Made by a program: the position numbers and the translations under genes
The notes under the pieces: model-generated
The model's input: only the letters and a program-made list of their open reading frames with translations
What the model was told of the DNA's origin: nothing
Databases searched by the model: none
Shown here: one piece after another, positions 1 to 11,270 of the stretch
Layout of the letters: each line of letters starts with the position of its first letter
Numbering within the stretch: the first letter of the stretch is position 1
NCBI GenBank assembly: GCA_003482855.1
Contig: DMXO01000002.1
Location: 28,060 to 92,059, forward strand
Reading direction: 5' to 3'
Source of the DNA: Candidatus Magasanikiibacteriota bacterium
GTDB taxonomy: Bacteria > Patescibacteriota > Patescibacteriia > Magasanikbacterales > UBA922
DNA: 64,000 nt

Positions 1-109
1 CCAAAATAAAATCATAAATATCCAACCAAAAGGCACAAAGCCAAAGTTCATCATATACGTTGGGTTATTAAATTATGTAAAACCTGATTCAAAAATAATT
101 AGGACACGC

Positions 110-3094
110 TTACTTTTCCACAACTATACCTGAAGCCGTCGCGGTATTATTATCTTCAATAACAGCCATGCTTGAACCTATTCTTCCAAACTCAACAAAT
201 ACTAAAGCAAAAATAATAGCAAGTGCAAATGGAGCAATAAGTGATACGTAATTTCGTTTATTCGGCTTGAAGTACTTAAGTAATAATGAATTTGTCACGA
301 CAGATATTGAACTAAATGCCATTGCAAGTCCTGCCAATTCTGGTTTTAGCACTAATCCAAGTCCGGCAAACACACGCGCCGCAATCGGAATTCCCATGAC
401 ATTATAGAATAATGCAAAAAACATATTTTGACGTATCTTGCCCATGGTTTCACGGCTCAGCTGAATTGCATTCAAAACATCTCGTAAGTCATTCTTGATA
501 ATCACTATTCCACCCGTTTCCATAGCCACATCAGTTCCACCACCCATAGCAATTCCCAAATCCGCTTGTGCCAGAGCAGGAGCGTCATTGATGCCATCCC
601 CTACCATAGCGACTTTCTTACCAGTGTCTTGAATTTTCTTGACTTCTGTTGCTTTATCTTCAGGCAGCACTTCGGCAAGCACATTTGTAATACCAACTTG
701 TTTCGCTATAGCATCTGCAGTGCGCTTGTTGTCTCCTGTAATCATGTATACCTCAATTTTATTTTTTTGCAATTTTTGTATTGCCTCAAGAGAGCTTTCT
801 TTCAATGTGTCAGCTACTGCGATTAAACCGATTACCTGGGTTTCGTCGGCAAGTATCATGACAGTCTTGCCTGCTTCTTCAAGCCGACGAACCTTACGTT
901 CTGCTTTTTCTATATTTAAATTTAACTTATCACTAATGAGTTTTCGATTGCCAAGATAATAAACAGCAGTATCTACTTTTCCCTCGACTCCATGACCCGG
1001 GATAGCTCTAAAGTCAGTAACTGGTGCAATATTAATTGATTCCTCTTCAGCATATCTTACAATTGCTTCAGCAAGTGGATGCTCAGATGACTTTTCCAAT
1101 GACGCACTAATGCGTATGATTTCTTCTTCATCCAATGTGGATAGACTAATCATATCAGTAACTTCCGGCTTTCCATTTGTCAAAGTTCCGGTCTTATCAA
1201 ACACAATTGCTTGAATTTTATTTGCGGCTTCAAGTGGTTCTCCACCCTTGATAAGTACTCCATATTCAGCACCTTTGCCAGTTCCTACCATAATGGCAGT
1301 TGGTGTTGCGAGACCCAATGCACACGGACATGCAATCACAATAACTGAGGTGAAGGCCATGAGTGCAAATGAGAGACTGGCACTCAAAAAGAAAAACCAG
1401 ACAACGAATGTGAGTATGGCTAACACTAATACAATCGGCACAAACCACGCAGAAATTTTATCAGCCATTGCTTGAATGGGAGCTTTGGATCCTTGTGCTT
1501 CCTCAATCAAACGAATAATTTGTGCCAATGCTGTCTCACTACCGACTTTGGTAACTTCAAACTCAAAGCTGCCGTGTTTATTGATAGTCGCGCCAATCAC
1601 CTTGTCCCCGACGTTTTTTTCTGCAGGGATGCTTTCTCCCGTGAGCATCGATTCGTCAATTGACGAATTGCCTTTTTTGATAATTCCATCAACAGGAATC
1701 TTTTCACCGGGCCTGACCATAATAATATCTCCCTTTTGTACTTGGTCGATTGGTATATCCACTGTAACACTACCCCTAATCACACGCGCAGTTTTTGGCT
1801 GCAAACCCATGAGTTTTTTAATCGCATCAGAAGTCTTTCCTTTTGCTTTTGTTTCAAGCCATTTACCAAGGATCACAAATGTAATCAGGAATGCCGCAGT
1901 TTCAAAATATAATTCAGGAATTTTTGCGCCATTGAGTCCGATAAGCGTGCTATTTTTAATCGCATAACCAAGAAATTGCCACAAACTATACAAGAATGCT
2001 GTGCTTGTGCCAATTGCAATCAAACTATCCATATTGAATGTCTTCATCTTGAGACTGCTCCACATTCCCCTATAAAATCCTGCACCAATATAGAACTGAA
2101 CAGGTATGGTAAGTAGAAGTGAAACAATGCCAATGTATGGCAACAGTACAGCTCGTAGTGGCATAAACGCGAAAAAATCAAATAACATGAAATACAACAT
2201 TGGGATACTCAAACCCAAAGCAACAAAAAACTTCCTTGAATATGCTTTTATTTCCTTTTCCTTTCTTTTGCGTTCTGCATCCGGATCAGCAGTATTTGCG
2301 AGTTCTGCCCTATACCCTGCCTTTTTTACTGCAGTAAGTAATTCATCCACGTTTGACTTTGATGAGTCAAATACGACATGGGCCTTTTCCGCATTAAAAT
2401 TGACATTCGCTTGTTTGACTCCTGCAACTTTTTTAAGATTTTTTTCAATGATTAGTGCGCATGATGCACAGTGCATGCCAGATACGATAAGGTTCGCCTG
2501 TTCATCGCCGGATTTTCCCGAGGTATTGATTTCCGTGCTCGGTAAATAAGACTGTTCGCTTGAGGCATTTGGCAATCTAACATTTTTTTCCTGTGATACA
2601 TCTTGGGAAAATGTATTAAGCAGTTGATTAATCTTTGATGCCTCGATTATGTTTTGGATCGTATGTTCAATATTAGGATGCCCTTGTGGAATTTCAAACT
2701 CGCCTTTCTTAATATGGTCAACAGTCCCTTTGAATGCTGGTTTTCCCTGATCGTTTGAGAACTCTCCGTCAGCGACCACAGAACTTTCCAACTTTATTTT
2801 TATGGGTGAATGAGCATCAACCATTTTTTTGGTAATAATAACATCATCGTGAGGCTGATTCTCAGATGATAATCCCCCGCCAGAGATAACGGTTGCTGTA
2901 TATCCGGCTCGAGAAATAGCGCTAATTATTTCATGTTCGTCAACAGTGTTATCTATCGACACCTCACCCATCCCGTTTTTGGAGTCAATATGAATCTTTT
3001 TCACGTCTGGAATCTCGCGCAATTCCATTTCTATGATCCTTTCGCATGATGCACAATGCATCCCATCAATTTTTAAGTGTAGTGTTCTTTCCAT
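110..3094 (-). CDS. copA: Copper-translocating P-type ATPase (P1B-type) with two N-terminal HMA domains
   Basis: 994 aa ORF. Two GMHCASC metal-binding motifs at the N-terminus, a CPC transmembrane motif (ACPCALG), DKTGTLT phosphorylation motif, [10 protein letters not shown] hinge. Confidence 0.93.
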   Translation of the reverse strand: MERTLHLKIDGMHCASCERIIEMELREIPDVKKIHIDSKNGMGEVSIDNTVDEHEIISAISRAGYTATVISGGGLSSENQPHDDVIITKKMVDAHSPIKIKLESSVVADGEFSNDQGKPAFKGTVDHIKKGEFEIPQGHPNIEHTIQNIIEASKINQLLNTFSQDVSQEKNVRLPNASSEQSYLPSTEINTSGKSGDEQANLIVSGMHCASCALIIEKNLKKVAGVKQANVNFNAEKAHVVFDSSKSNVDELLTAVKKAGYRAELANTADPDAERKRKEKEIKAYSRKFFVALGLSIPMLYFMLFDFFAFMPLRAVLLPYIGIVSLLLTIPVQFYIGAGFYRGMWSSLKMKTFNMDSLIAIGTSTAFLYSLWQFLGYAIKNSTLIGLNGAKIPELYFETAAFLITFVILGKWLETKAKGKTSDAIKKLMGLQPKTARVIRGSVTVDIPIDQVQKGDIIMVRPGEKIPVDGIIKKGNSSIDESMLTGESIPAEKNVGDKVIGATINKHGSFEFEVTKVGSETALAQIIRLIEEAQGSKAPIQAMADKISAWFVPIVLVLAILTFVVWFFFLSASLSFALMAFTSVIVIACPCALGLATPTAIMVGTGKGAEYGVLIKGGEPLEAANKIQAIVFDKTGTLTNGKPEVTDMISLSTLDEEEIIRISASLEKSSEHPLAEAIVRYAEEESINIAPVTDFRAIPGHGVEGKVDTAVYYLGNRKLISDKLNLNIEKAERKVRRLEEAGKTVMILADETQVIGLIAVADTLKESSLEAIQKLQKNKIEVYMITGDNKRTADAIAKQVGITNVLAEVLPEDKATEVKKIQDTGKKVAMVGDGINDAPALAQADLGIAMGGGTDVAMETGGIVIIKNDLRDVLNAIQLSRETMGKIRQNMFFALFYNVMGIPIAARVFAGLGLVLKPELAGLAMAFSSISVVTNSLLLKYFKPNKRNYVSLIAPFALAIIFALVFVEFGRIGSSMAVIEDNNTATASGIVVEK

Positions 3095-3131
3095 ACAAAT
3101 AATATAATCAAATAAATATTAATGCATCACT

Positions 3132-3338
3132 CTATGTTGCCTGCGCTTTATAGCCTACTTCTTCCACTGCACGCTCAATGATTCCTGTATCAACAATATC
3201 CTCTGATTCAATAGCTAATATCCCCGTAGAAAAGTCTACAGACACATTTTGAACCTGATTGAGCTTTCCAACTCTTTTCTCGATAAGACGCGCGCAGGAT
3301 GCACAATGCATTCCGGTGATTTTATATTCTTGTTTCAT
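3132..3338 (-). CDS. copZ: Copper chaperone, HMA domain protein
   Basis: 68 aa with a GMHCASC motif, immediately downstream of copA. Confidence 0.85.
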   Translation of the reverse strand: MKQEYKITGMHCASCARLIEKRVGKLNQVQNVSVDFSTGILAIESEDIVDTGIIERAVEEVGYKAQAT

Positions 3339-3348
3339 ATATACTAAG

Positions 3349-4689
3349 TTATTCTACAATTATCTTTCCTCGCACCATTCCCATTCCACAACTGAATTGA
3401 AAGGTTCCTTTTTCCGAAGGAGTAAATGTAACAATGTTTTCTCCTTTGACGAGTGGTTTATTGATTCCAAATGCCTTTGAAACAATACGGTTCGTACATC
3501 CGCTTACCTGTTGACCATCAATAACCCACCTGACTGGCGTTCCCTGTTTTACGCGCAATGTGCTTGGATTAAACCCGCTATAATCCACTGCCATCTGTAT
3601 CACTTGTTCATCGCCGGTAACGACAACCTGATTTGTATTGTTTGATATATCTACGTCTCCCGTTCCAATACCCAACACTGTCTTTCCCGAAGAAAATGTA
3701 AACCAAGCAAACAGGATAACAATAAGCGCGATTGATTTCTGGAATATAGGCCTTTCTTTTTTATCCGCTTTGCTACTTGCCTTTCCTACAAACAACAATA
3801 CGGGCACTGTACCGAGCGCGAATAAAAACATGAGTAGTAAACCGCTGACAAAACTGCCTGACGCAATTGCCAACAGTTGCATGCTTTGAGTAAACCCACA
3901 GGGTAAAACGAATGTGAACGCACCCAGTACAACGGGCATAAGTGGGTGTTTTGATGATTTCATCTTATTCCACAATTTCATACTTCCCTTTGGCAGATGA
4001 ATGCCAAATCGAGTCACTGATGATAATATGCCACCAATTTGAAGGCCAAGCATGAGCAAAATAATCGCGACAACAATGGTAAACCAACCCATAAATCCCG
4101 TGGACACAGTAAATTGTGATCCCATGATACCTAAGAGCCCACCCAATACAGCAAATGATGTCAATCTACCAATATGAAACAACACATGCGGTTTCCATTG
4201 TGTCCATGGTGATGTTTTTTCACCCGAGTCCTGTTTGTAGAGTGCTCCAAATGACATGACCACCGCGCCTACAACCGCAAGACAGGTGGATAACGATGCG
4301 ACAATTCCAACGAGAATTGCGGTGCCATATCCGACTGCTTGTGTATCCACATTGAGCGCATCCAATACTCCGATCCACTTGAGATATGCATAGACCAAGT
4401 ATAATCCCAGGACTACAAACACTGCATATGCCCAGTGTTTGAAAGAAAACTTTTGTATCTTGGATTGTGCCAATTTTTCTAACGAAGCTGCATATCCGAT
4501 CTTATTCAATCGGCGTTGAATATCAGGTAATGGGATTTGGTCTAATTCATGCGTAATATACGCCACTTGCTTTTTATGATCAGCTTTTACCTGCGATATG
4601 CCACCTATTTCTTTGAGTTCATCTGCTATCAATACTTCACATGACACACAGGTCATACCTTGCAAATAAATTATTTCTTTTTTACTCAT
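3349..4689 (-). CDS. HMA domain / polytopic membrane permease (TauE/SafE-like) / C-terminal cupredoxin-like domain fusion protein
   Basis: N-terminal GMTCVSC HMA motif, multiple hydrophobic TM segments, C-terminal beta-rich domain ending FQFSCGMGMVRGKIIVE (Cys/Met-rich, cupredoxin-like). Confidence 0.55.
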   Translation of the reverse strand: MSKKEIIYLQGMTCVSCEVLIADELKEIGGISQVKADHKKQVAYITHELDQIPLPDIQRRLNKIGYAASLEKLAQSKIQKFSFKHWAYAVFVVLGLYLVYAYLKWIGVLDALNVDTQAVGYGTAILVGIVASLSTCLAVVGAVVMSFGALYKQDSGEKTSPWTQWKPHVLFHIGRLTSFAVLGGLLGIMGSQFTVSTGFMGWFTIVVAIILLMLGLQIGGILSSVTRFGIHLPKGSMKLWNKMKSSKHPLMPVVLGAFTFVLPCGFTQSMQLLAIASGSFVSGLLLMFLFALGTVPVLLFVGKASSKADKKERPIFQKSIALIVILFAWFTFSSGKTVLGIGTGDVDISNNTNQVVVTGDEQVIQMAVDYSGFNPSTLRVKQGTPVRWVIDGQQVSGCTNRIVSKAFGINKPLVKGENIVTFTPSEKGTFQFSCGMGMVRGKIIVE

Positions 4690-4769
4690 ATATTCAATTT
4701 AGGATATGATTAGTATAACAAAAAACCATATACAAAACACGTGTGTTCATGCATATGGATACGTGGGAC

Positions 4770-5156
4770 TCAGAAGATTTTTGGATGTAAAATTCCCGAT
4801 CTAAATAATGCTACAAAATGTGCAAATAGTTGAAAACCGCCATATCGATCCCGTGTCTTTTTGAAATAAAAGACAAACTTATCATAAACCAGGAAAACAA
4901 AAACCAAAATAAATGCCAAGACAAAAAGAATTTGTGGTGCAATATCTCTGAGCGAATTCAATACTGACGAAATAATCGAATACACATGGTCAGAGCTCGT
5001 CTGGTCAGTACTTGTGTCTTCCATGCCACAGACAGTAGTATGACCTTCCATAGAGATACCACTTCCAAAAAATAGAGAATGCCAAGCAGCTCCGCAACAA
5101 AACAAAAGTGACAAAATCACCGCAATAATAATATACTTTTGAGCGTGTAAAATCAT
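4770..5156 (-). CDS. Hypothetical small membrane protein (His/Cys/Met-containing)
   Basis: 128 aa ORF with two hydrophobic segments. Position inside the copper cluster. Confidence 0.35.
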   Translation of the reverse strand: MILHAQKYIIIAVILSLLFCCGAAWHSLFFGSGISMEGHTTVCGMEDTSTDQTSSDHVYSIISSVLNSLRDIAPQILFVLAFILVFVFLVYDKFVFYFKKTRDRYGGFQLFAHFVALFRSGILHPKIF

Positions 5157-5214
5157 ACTCTTTTAGTATTTACTACTATACAGGAACAAAATAAAAAAAG
5201 CAATAGGGAGAAAT

Positions 5215-7122
5215 TTACTCAGGGCTACGTGAATGTACGGTAAATGTCAATGCGTTATCTATCCATTCCTTCAAATGAGCCCAATTGGCATCATATAGGC
5301 CAATTGAGACTCTATATCTACCTGGCTGGGGAGCAATCCATCCCAGATCAAAAGTCTGTTGTTTATGACTATCAATTACCACATTATCATAATACTGTTG
5401 AGCAAGGTGTTCTCCGCCGTTCACATCGTCATGTATCTCTATATCAATAAGGATAGGATCACTTTCAGCTCTATTGGTGACAGTGGCTGATATAGTCACA
5501 AGATCTGCTGCATACACTTCGTGTGGAGAAATAGTCGTACTAATAAGCTGTGGTGATGAACCAGTGCCCATAGAGACAGGTACGTCACCCACGATAATGG
5601 TAGTCTTTGCTTCATCTGAAGCACCACGATCATTTGAAACGCTTAGTATTACTGTATATGTACCATCTGCAACAAATATATGCTGTGGGTGTGTTTCATG
5701 AGAAATTTCACTGCCATCACCAAAATCCCAATTATATACCGTGCTATATCCTTGTGGATCAGTGGTGCCAGAGCTTGAGAAGCTCACTTCAAGAGGAGTA
5801 CTGCCTGTTTGTGGCGTAGCATCCAACACAACATTTGGTGGTCTGTTCGTGTTGTAAGTAATACGTCTCACCTCACCTGCAATGATAGATATGAAATAAA
5901 CGCTGCCGTCTGGGCCAGTAAAAAAATCTACAGGACCATCAGTACCCACCAAAAAATTTTCCACATGAGATATAACGTTATTGTCTTTATCAAACACAAC
6001 ACGCTTTACTGTGTCTCTCCCAAATACACCAAAGAAATAATTATTTTGATAAGGCATTGGATACGCTGCACCAGAAAATGTACCACCAATAAGTGCAAAA
6101 GTACTTGTGGCAGTATGTTCATTGGGAATTGTATAGAGTGGATCTACATAATTCTCTGTCACACAATCATAATTAGGCTGTGCCTCTCGTCCTTCTCTGC
6201 ATGGCCATCCATAATTTCCTCCTGGTACGCCAAGATTAATCTCCTCTGTATCATACCATCCCACATCACCAATATACATCTGATTATTGAGAGGATTAAA
6301 ATTAAGTCGAAATGGATTTCTAAATCCATATGCATACACTTTTGACTGATTTGCATGAGGGTCTCCATTATAAAACGGATTATCAGCAGGACCAGTACCA
6401 TCAGTATTTATCCGCAAAATCTTCCCTGCCAAAATTTGTGTGTCAAAAGTATCCAGCGCGTGGGGATCTACAATATCAAATCGAGATCCATCTGCTAGGC
6501 TTGCGTACAATTTTCCATCTGGACCAAACCGTAATCCTCCAACACTGTGGCTCCCAGCATCGCTTGGAATGCAATCTGTACCTGCAGGAAAGTCATTACA
6601 CGAAGGATGCCCGGCATCTCCACCCACAGAACCTACCAATATAATTTTGCTATCTGGATCTACAGTATCACCATGTGTAGTCAATCGTATAATACGACCG
6701 GTCTTTGGTCCTCCAAAATCATCTGGATTATTTTCATATGTGTAGCTCAAATATATGTATCCATTTTTTTCAAAGTCCGGATCGATAGCAATACCCAAAA
6801 GTCCATGATCAGCATATACATTCACATCATTCAAAACAATAAGCGGAGTAGACAAAAGTACGCCATTTTTTATCACACGCACAGTACCAATTTTTTCTGT
6901 CACCAATAGACGCCCATCTGGCGTGAATGCCCCAGCAACAGGGACGTTTAACCCACTAACTACTGTCTCTATGGCAAATGCTGAAGGATTCGTATCATCC
7001 ACTGCTGCTATTTCGTCCACGTTCCGGTTTGTTGTTCCTTTTGACACAACTACGTACAGCACTATCCCTATCACTATACCAAACGCAAGAAGCCATGTTG
7101 TTTTGACATTATGTTTAGCCAT
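5215..7122 (-). CDS. Membrane-anchored PQQ-dependent sugar dehydrogenase-like beta-propeller (GSDH family) protein with PKD domain
   Basis: N-terminal TM helix, GLLGIAIDPDFEKNGYIYLSYTY-type glucose/sorbosone dehydrogenase motifs, WDFGDGS PKD motif, C-terminal beta domain. Confidence 0.65.
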   Translation of the reverse strand: MAKHNVKTTWLLAFGIVIGIVLYVVVSKGTTNRNVDEIAAVDDTNPSAFAIETVVSGLNVPVAGAFTPDGRLLVTEKIGTVRVIKNGVLLSTPLIVLNDVNVYADHGLLGIAIDPDFEKNGYIYLSYTYENNPDDFGGPKTGRIIRLTTHGDTVDPDSKIILVGSVGGDAGHPSCNDFPAGTDCIPSDAGSHSVGGLRFGPDGKLYASLADGSRFDIVDPHALDTFDTQILAGKILRINTDGTGPADNPFYNGDPHANQSKVYAYGFRNPFRLNFNPLNNQMYIGDVGWYDTEEINLGVPGGNYGWPCREGREAQPNYDCVTENYVDPLYTIPNEHTATSTFALIGGTFSGAAYPMPYQNNYFFGVFGRDTVKRVVFDKDNNVISHVENFLVGTDGPVDFFTGPDGSVYFISIIAGEVRRITYNTNRPPNVVLDATPQTGSTPLEVSFSSSGTTDPQGYSTVYNWDFGDGSEISHETHPQHIFVADGTYTVILSVSNDRGASDEAKTTIIVGDVPVSMGTGSSPQLISTTISPHEVYAADLVTISATVTNRAESDPILIDIEIHDDVNGGEHLAQQYYDNVVIDSHKQQTFDLGWIAPQPGRYRVSIGLYDANWAHLKEWIDNALTFTVHSRSPE

Positions 7123-7191
7123 AACGTAATTATGTAAACAAACAATTTATCTTCATCCAACTAAACTACATTAATTAACACTCATAGAAGT

Positions 7192-7680
7192 TCATTCTGT
7201 TACAACAAGTGTACCAATCATACCCATCTGGCGATGCTGTCCCACACTACAATAAAATTGGAATTCTCCTGCCTTATCAGCAACGAACGTAACTGAACTA
7301 CTGCCCGGGGCATTGATCTGCGATGTTCGCGCGTCAAACTCGTCTATGACCCAATCATGGAAACCTTGAGAAGCAGTAAGATTAATTTGTACTATTTGAT
7401 CTTTTTTCACAGTAATGCTAGCTGGTGAAAATGAAAAATTCTGACCAGTCACATTGATAACAACATCTGGCTTTTGTACTATTTCAGTGCCGTTATCCTG
7501 TATAGTGCTCGTGCCCTCTTCGGCACCACTTTTCTCTGCATTTATCTGTGAAGAAGTATTTACAGAACCCACCCTATTACTTCCTTCGGTTGCATCAGGT
7601 GTTTGTCCTCCACACCCCGCACCCAAAAGTATAAGACCAACCCCCAAACTACCAATAAACAATATATATCTATTGTTCAT
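7192..7680 (-). CDS. Blue-copper (cupredoxin/plastocyanin-like) lipoprotein
   Basis: Lipoprotein-like signal peptide (LLGAGCGG). Type-1 copper ligand pattern H...C...H...M (FHDW...FYCSVGQHRQMGM). Confidence 0.7.
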   Translation of the reverse strand: MNNRYILFIGSLGVGLILLGAGCGGQTPDATEGSNRVGSVNTSSQINAEKSGAEEGTSTIQDNGTEIVQKPDVVINVTGQNFSFSPASITVKKDQIVQINLTASQGFHDWVIDEFDARTSQINAPGSSSVTFVADKAGEFQFYCSVGQHRQMGMIGTLVVTE

Positions 7681-7761
7681 ATTGTATATAAATTAAAAAT
7701 AACATACTGTAATAGTATGCTATTATAACCCGACTGGTCAATGTGGATAACTTTTCTAAAC

Positions 7762-8529
7762 TTATTTTGATAAACTAAGAACATCCATAACTGTCTTGCG
7801 ATACGTACAATAATCACAATCATCTCCTGGATCTGGCAAAACATCGCTCATAAGACACTTGTGTGCGCGCAGAATTGCGTCTTCTACCCAACTATCATTT
7901 CCCTCGTATGATATGAGGGTAATATCAAATTCAAGTCTAGCATCAAATGCTTTCCTATCAAGCTGACCATTGCAATACACAAAATAACCAATATTTGTTA
8001 CATTATAGCCATTCTGGCGCAAAAGCCATTGATATACTTCCATCTGTCGTTTGTACCCAATATGCCATTCCTTATCAAGCTCTGTAATTTCTTCATCTTT
8101 GGCTGTTGATTTGTAATCTACCACAATGTATTCGTCTTTTGAATTGATCCAAAGGTCATCAATTGCTCCTGATATAGTGAGACCTGTCTCCTCGTGATAA
8201 TACCGTATACCCTTGAAATTTTCTCGCCATTCATTCAAATCCTTGTGTGCTACCGGACGCGCGTCTATACCATATTTTTCTTGCAGAGGATGTTGTTTAT
8301 TTTGCGCGCGATGGATATCAAATTCTTTTTTGAGAAGTGTATCTACAGCAGAATTGAGGGCAAAAGGAAACCCTGGCGGACGTGCGACCCCGAGACGATT
8401 GTCTATATAGAAACATCGCGGACATTCCATAAACAAATCAAGCTTTGAACGCGAAAGCTTAAAATTATTCTCTTCTCCTGGGACAAAATTCCAGTTTGGA
8501 TTTCTATGTGGTTTATAATATATGCTCAT
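7762..8529 (-). CDS. PD-(D/E)xK nuclease superfamily protein (Cas4/RecB-like, with Cys cluster)
   Basis: IVVDYKS motif (D..E.K core), N-terminal CPRC and C-terminal CDYC cysteine pairs as in Cas4-type Fe-S nucleases. No cas genes or CRISPR nearby. Confidence 0.5.
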   Translation of the reverse strand: MSIYYKPHRNPNWNFVPGEENNFKLSRSKLDLFMECPRCFYIDNRLGVARPPGFPFALNSAVDTLLKKEFDIHRAQNKQHPLQEKYGIDARPVAHKDLNEWRENFKGIRYYHEETGLTISGAIDDLWINSKDEYIVVDYKSTAKDEEITELDKEWHIGYKRQMEVYQWLLRQNGYNVTNIGYFVYCNGQLDRKAFDARLEFDITLISYEGNDSWVEDAILRAHKCLMSDVLPDPGDDCDYCTYRKTVMDVLSLSK

Positions 8530-8620
8530 ATATGTTATGTATGATTAATCACAAAGTAGTATACCAAAATGCAGTTTTTTATGCACTATCTAAGCGATAT
8601 AGGAGAAGGCTGGATTACAA

Positions 8621-8650
8621 AAATACTCCCTAACGAGAGAGTATTTTTTT
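8621..8650. terminator. Bidirectional hairpin terminator (atactc...gagtat + T-run) downstream of typA
   Basis: Perfect 6-bp stem flanked by an A-run upstream and a T-run downstream. Confidence 0.5.
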
Positions 8651-8663
8651 ATTTGAAATTTTG

Positions 8664-10457
8664 TTATTTCTTACTCGCGCGTGCACCACGTATACGATCC
8701 ACATCTTTCAAGACTTGTTTTCTTAGACGGATACTCTTTGGAGTAATTTCGAGATATTCATCCTCTGCAATAATCTCAAGCCCACGTTCAAGTGTAAGCT
8801 CCAAAGGTGGTGTCAACTGTATCGCAATGTCTGCACTAGACGCACGCATGTTGGTGAGGTGCTTCCCTTTGATAGGATTCACGACCATATCTTGCCCTTT
8901 TGCGGTATTGCCTATGACTTGTCCTTCATATACCTCTATATTCGGGCCGACATATAGAGAACCACGGTCTTGCAAATTGGCAAGCGAATATGATAATACC
9001 TTGCCAACTTCACCCGATATCATGGATCCTGTATCATATTTATCTATCTCACCTGCGTGTGGTTTAAATCCTATCACTTCACTACACAGAATACCTTCGC
9101 CACGAGTGTCTACAATGAATTCATTGCGATAGCCAAGAAGCCCTCTTGTTGGTATTTCATAAATCAGACGCGTATGATTCTGTTCAGGACGCATTTCTAC
9201 CATCTTTCCTTTTCGTTTGGACATCTTCTCTATCACAGTGCCACAACATTCTTGAGGAATATCTATAGTTACACCTTCATACGGTTCACATGTTACACCA
9301 TCTATGTCTTTGATAATTACCTGTGGCTGAGATACTTGCACTTCAAACCCTTCGCGTCGCATATTTTCAAGCAATATAGCGATATGCAATTCACCACGTC
9401 CATACACTTTGTAATAATCTATAGCGGAAAAATCTATTTTCAAACCTACGTTCACTTCCAATTCTTTTTCAAGTCTTTCCCTGATTTGTCTATTAGTCAC
9501 GAACTTTCCTTCTTTACCTGCAAATGGAGAGTTATTTACCAAAAAATTCAATGAGATAGTTGGCTCATCAATTTTGATAGCAGGCAATAGTTCCTGTTCT
9601 CTATCTGCACACACCGTGTCACCAATATATATATCTGGCAAACCTGCAATCATGACAATATCTCCAGCGACAACTTCCTGAACTTCTTTTCGTGTCAAAC
9701 CTTCAAATGTAAATAATTTGGTAATACCACCAGGGATAATTTGTCCATCATGTTTTTTGAGGAACACTCTATCACTCATTTTCAAAACTCCTTGGTACAT
9801 ACGTCCAATACCCATACGACCCAGATAGTTGTCATACGCAAGATTGAATGGTTGGAAGGTAAATGGGAGAGTCGTATCTGCTTTTACTGCTGGTACTTTT
9901 TCCAAGATAGTATCAAGCAAGGGAGTCAAATCATTGGATTCATCAACCAAATTCTTTTTTGCAATCCCCTGCTTCGCAATCGCATACACGGTCGTGAAAT
10001 CAAGTTGTTCATCATTGGCACCAAGATCCATAAACAATTCCAAAACTTTTTCTTGTGTCCATTCTGGTCGTGCTGCTGGTTTATCTATTTTATTAATCAC
10101 CACAATAGGTTTAAGTCCAAGTTCAAGTGATTTTTTCAATACAAATTTTGTCTGAGGCATGGGACCTTCTTGCGCATCTACTACAAGCAAAACAGAGTCA
10201 ATAGATCGGAGGACACGTTCAACTTCTGAGCCAAAATCCGCATGGCCTGGAGTATCTACGATATTAATTTTTGTATCTTTATAAAAGACTGATGTATTTT
10301 TTGAATAAATCGTAATACCGCGCTCTTTCTCAAGCGCATTGCTATCCATGCTTACACTATCATCTGTCACCATGCCGGTCTGGCGCATGAGAGCATCGGT
10401 CAATTTTGTCTTGCCATGATCAACATGAGCAATAATGGCGATGTTGCGAATTTCCAT
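8664..10457 (-). CDS. typA: Translational GTPase TypA/BipA
   Basis: 597 aa, N-terminal [20 protein letters not shown]-domain, EF-G-like domain architecture and length typical of BipA. Confidence 0.88.
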   Translation of the reverse strand: MEIRNIAIIAHVDHGKTKLTDALMRQTGMVTDDSVSMDSNALEKERGITIYSKNTSVFYKDTKINIVDTPGHADFGSEVERVLRSIDSVLLVVDAQEGPMPQTKFVLKKSLELGLKPIVVINKIDKPAARPEWTQEKVLELFMDLGANDEQLDFTTVYAIAKQGIAKKNLVDESNDLTPLLDTILEKVPAVKADTTLPFTFQPFNLAYDNYLGRMGIGRMYQGVLKMSDRVFLKKHDGQIIPGGITKLFTFEGLTRKEVQEVVAGDIVMIAGLPDIYIGDTVCADREQELLPAIKIDEPTISLNFLVNNSPFAGKEGKFVTNRQIRERLEKELEVNVGLKIDFSAIDYYKVYGRGELHIAILLENMRREGFEVQVSQPQVIIKDIDGVTCEPYEGVTIDIPQECCGTVIEKMSKRKGKMVEMRPEQNHTRLIYEIPTRGLLGYRNEFIVDTRGEGILCSEVIGFKPHAGEIDKYDTGSMISGEVGKVLSYSLANLQDRGSLYVGPNIEVYEGQVIGNTAKGQDMVVNPIKGKHLTNMRASSADIAIQLTPPLELTLERGLEIIAEDEYLEITPKSIRLRKQVLKDVDRIRGARASKK

Positions 10458-10683
10458 AAAAATAGTAATGAAACGTGAATTTAACGAATGAAACTAATAC
10501 AAACGAATTCGTTTAGATTCGTTCAATTCGTCTTATTCGTGTTCTATTCCTTATTTCGCTTAATTTAGCCCAATTATATATGATTAAAATAAAAATGTCA
10601 AGTATAACGACTCTACCTATGCCAAAAACAAAGAATCACCCAGTTTTCTGAGTGATTCAAACTAAATATTCTATATAAATCGT

Positions 10684-11196
10684 TTAACTTTGTACCTGCA
10701 CTTCTGTTTCCATATCAACGTGATTGCATACGCCATCACCATTTACATCCTTAAATTCTCTATCTCCAAACCCTTTCATCATCTTACCACCACGTCCTAA
10801 CCCCATCTCTTTCAAACCAAGTTCATCTGCAATAGCCTTTGCACCATCACGATCGCCTGCTTTCATAAGATTATGCATTTCTACAAATCTATCAAAATTT
10901 TCAGCAGTAACCTGCTCCAGCATAGGAGGTGTATCTTTGCCCATTTCTGTAGCATGAGTTTCCATAGCTGCTTTCCATGCATCGTAATTCCCTACTTGCA
11001 ATAGACTGTCCATCTCTGCTCTATGTTCTTCATTTAGGCCTCCTTCACCGCGCATCATATGACCCCACATAGGACGATCACTTGTATCTGTGTTTATATC
11101 AGACTCTTGTTGTGCTGCGCTTACGGTCAATGCCCCTACGACGAGCACTGCCAATGCAGCAACACTCCCAAGAACAAAATATGCTGTTTTCTTCAT
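10684..11196 (-). CDS. Secreted/periplasmic protein, possibly Spy/CpxP/ZraP-like stress protein
   Basis: Signal peptide, Met/Gly/His-rich segments (MWGHMMRGEGG, GRGGKMMKGFG), last gene of the ECF sigma operon. Confidence 0.3.
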   Translation of the reverse strand: MKKTAYFVLGSVAALAVLVVGALTVSAAQQESDINTDTSDRPMWGHMMRGEGGLNEEHRAEMDSLLQVGNYDAWKAAMETHATEMGKDTPPMLEQVTAENFDRFVEMHNLMKAGDRDGAKAIADELGLKEMGLGRGGKMMKGFGDREFKDVNGDGVCNHVDMETEVQVQS

Positions 11197-11270
11197 AATA
11201 TATTTTATAATTAATAATTATACGCGCGTGTCCGTCGATATCTCATGTGCACATGATAATATCAGTTGGC

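Noticed and set aside
566-2549. Several 60-160 aa plus-strand ORFs inside copA
   Set aside because: Antisense to a well-supported 994-aa CopA. Low-complexity translations.
8569-10155. Plus-strand ORFs (187, 165, 129, 108 aa) overlapping typA
   Set aside because: Antisense to a conserved TypA/BipA reading frame.
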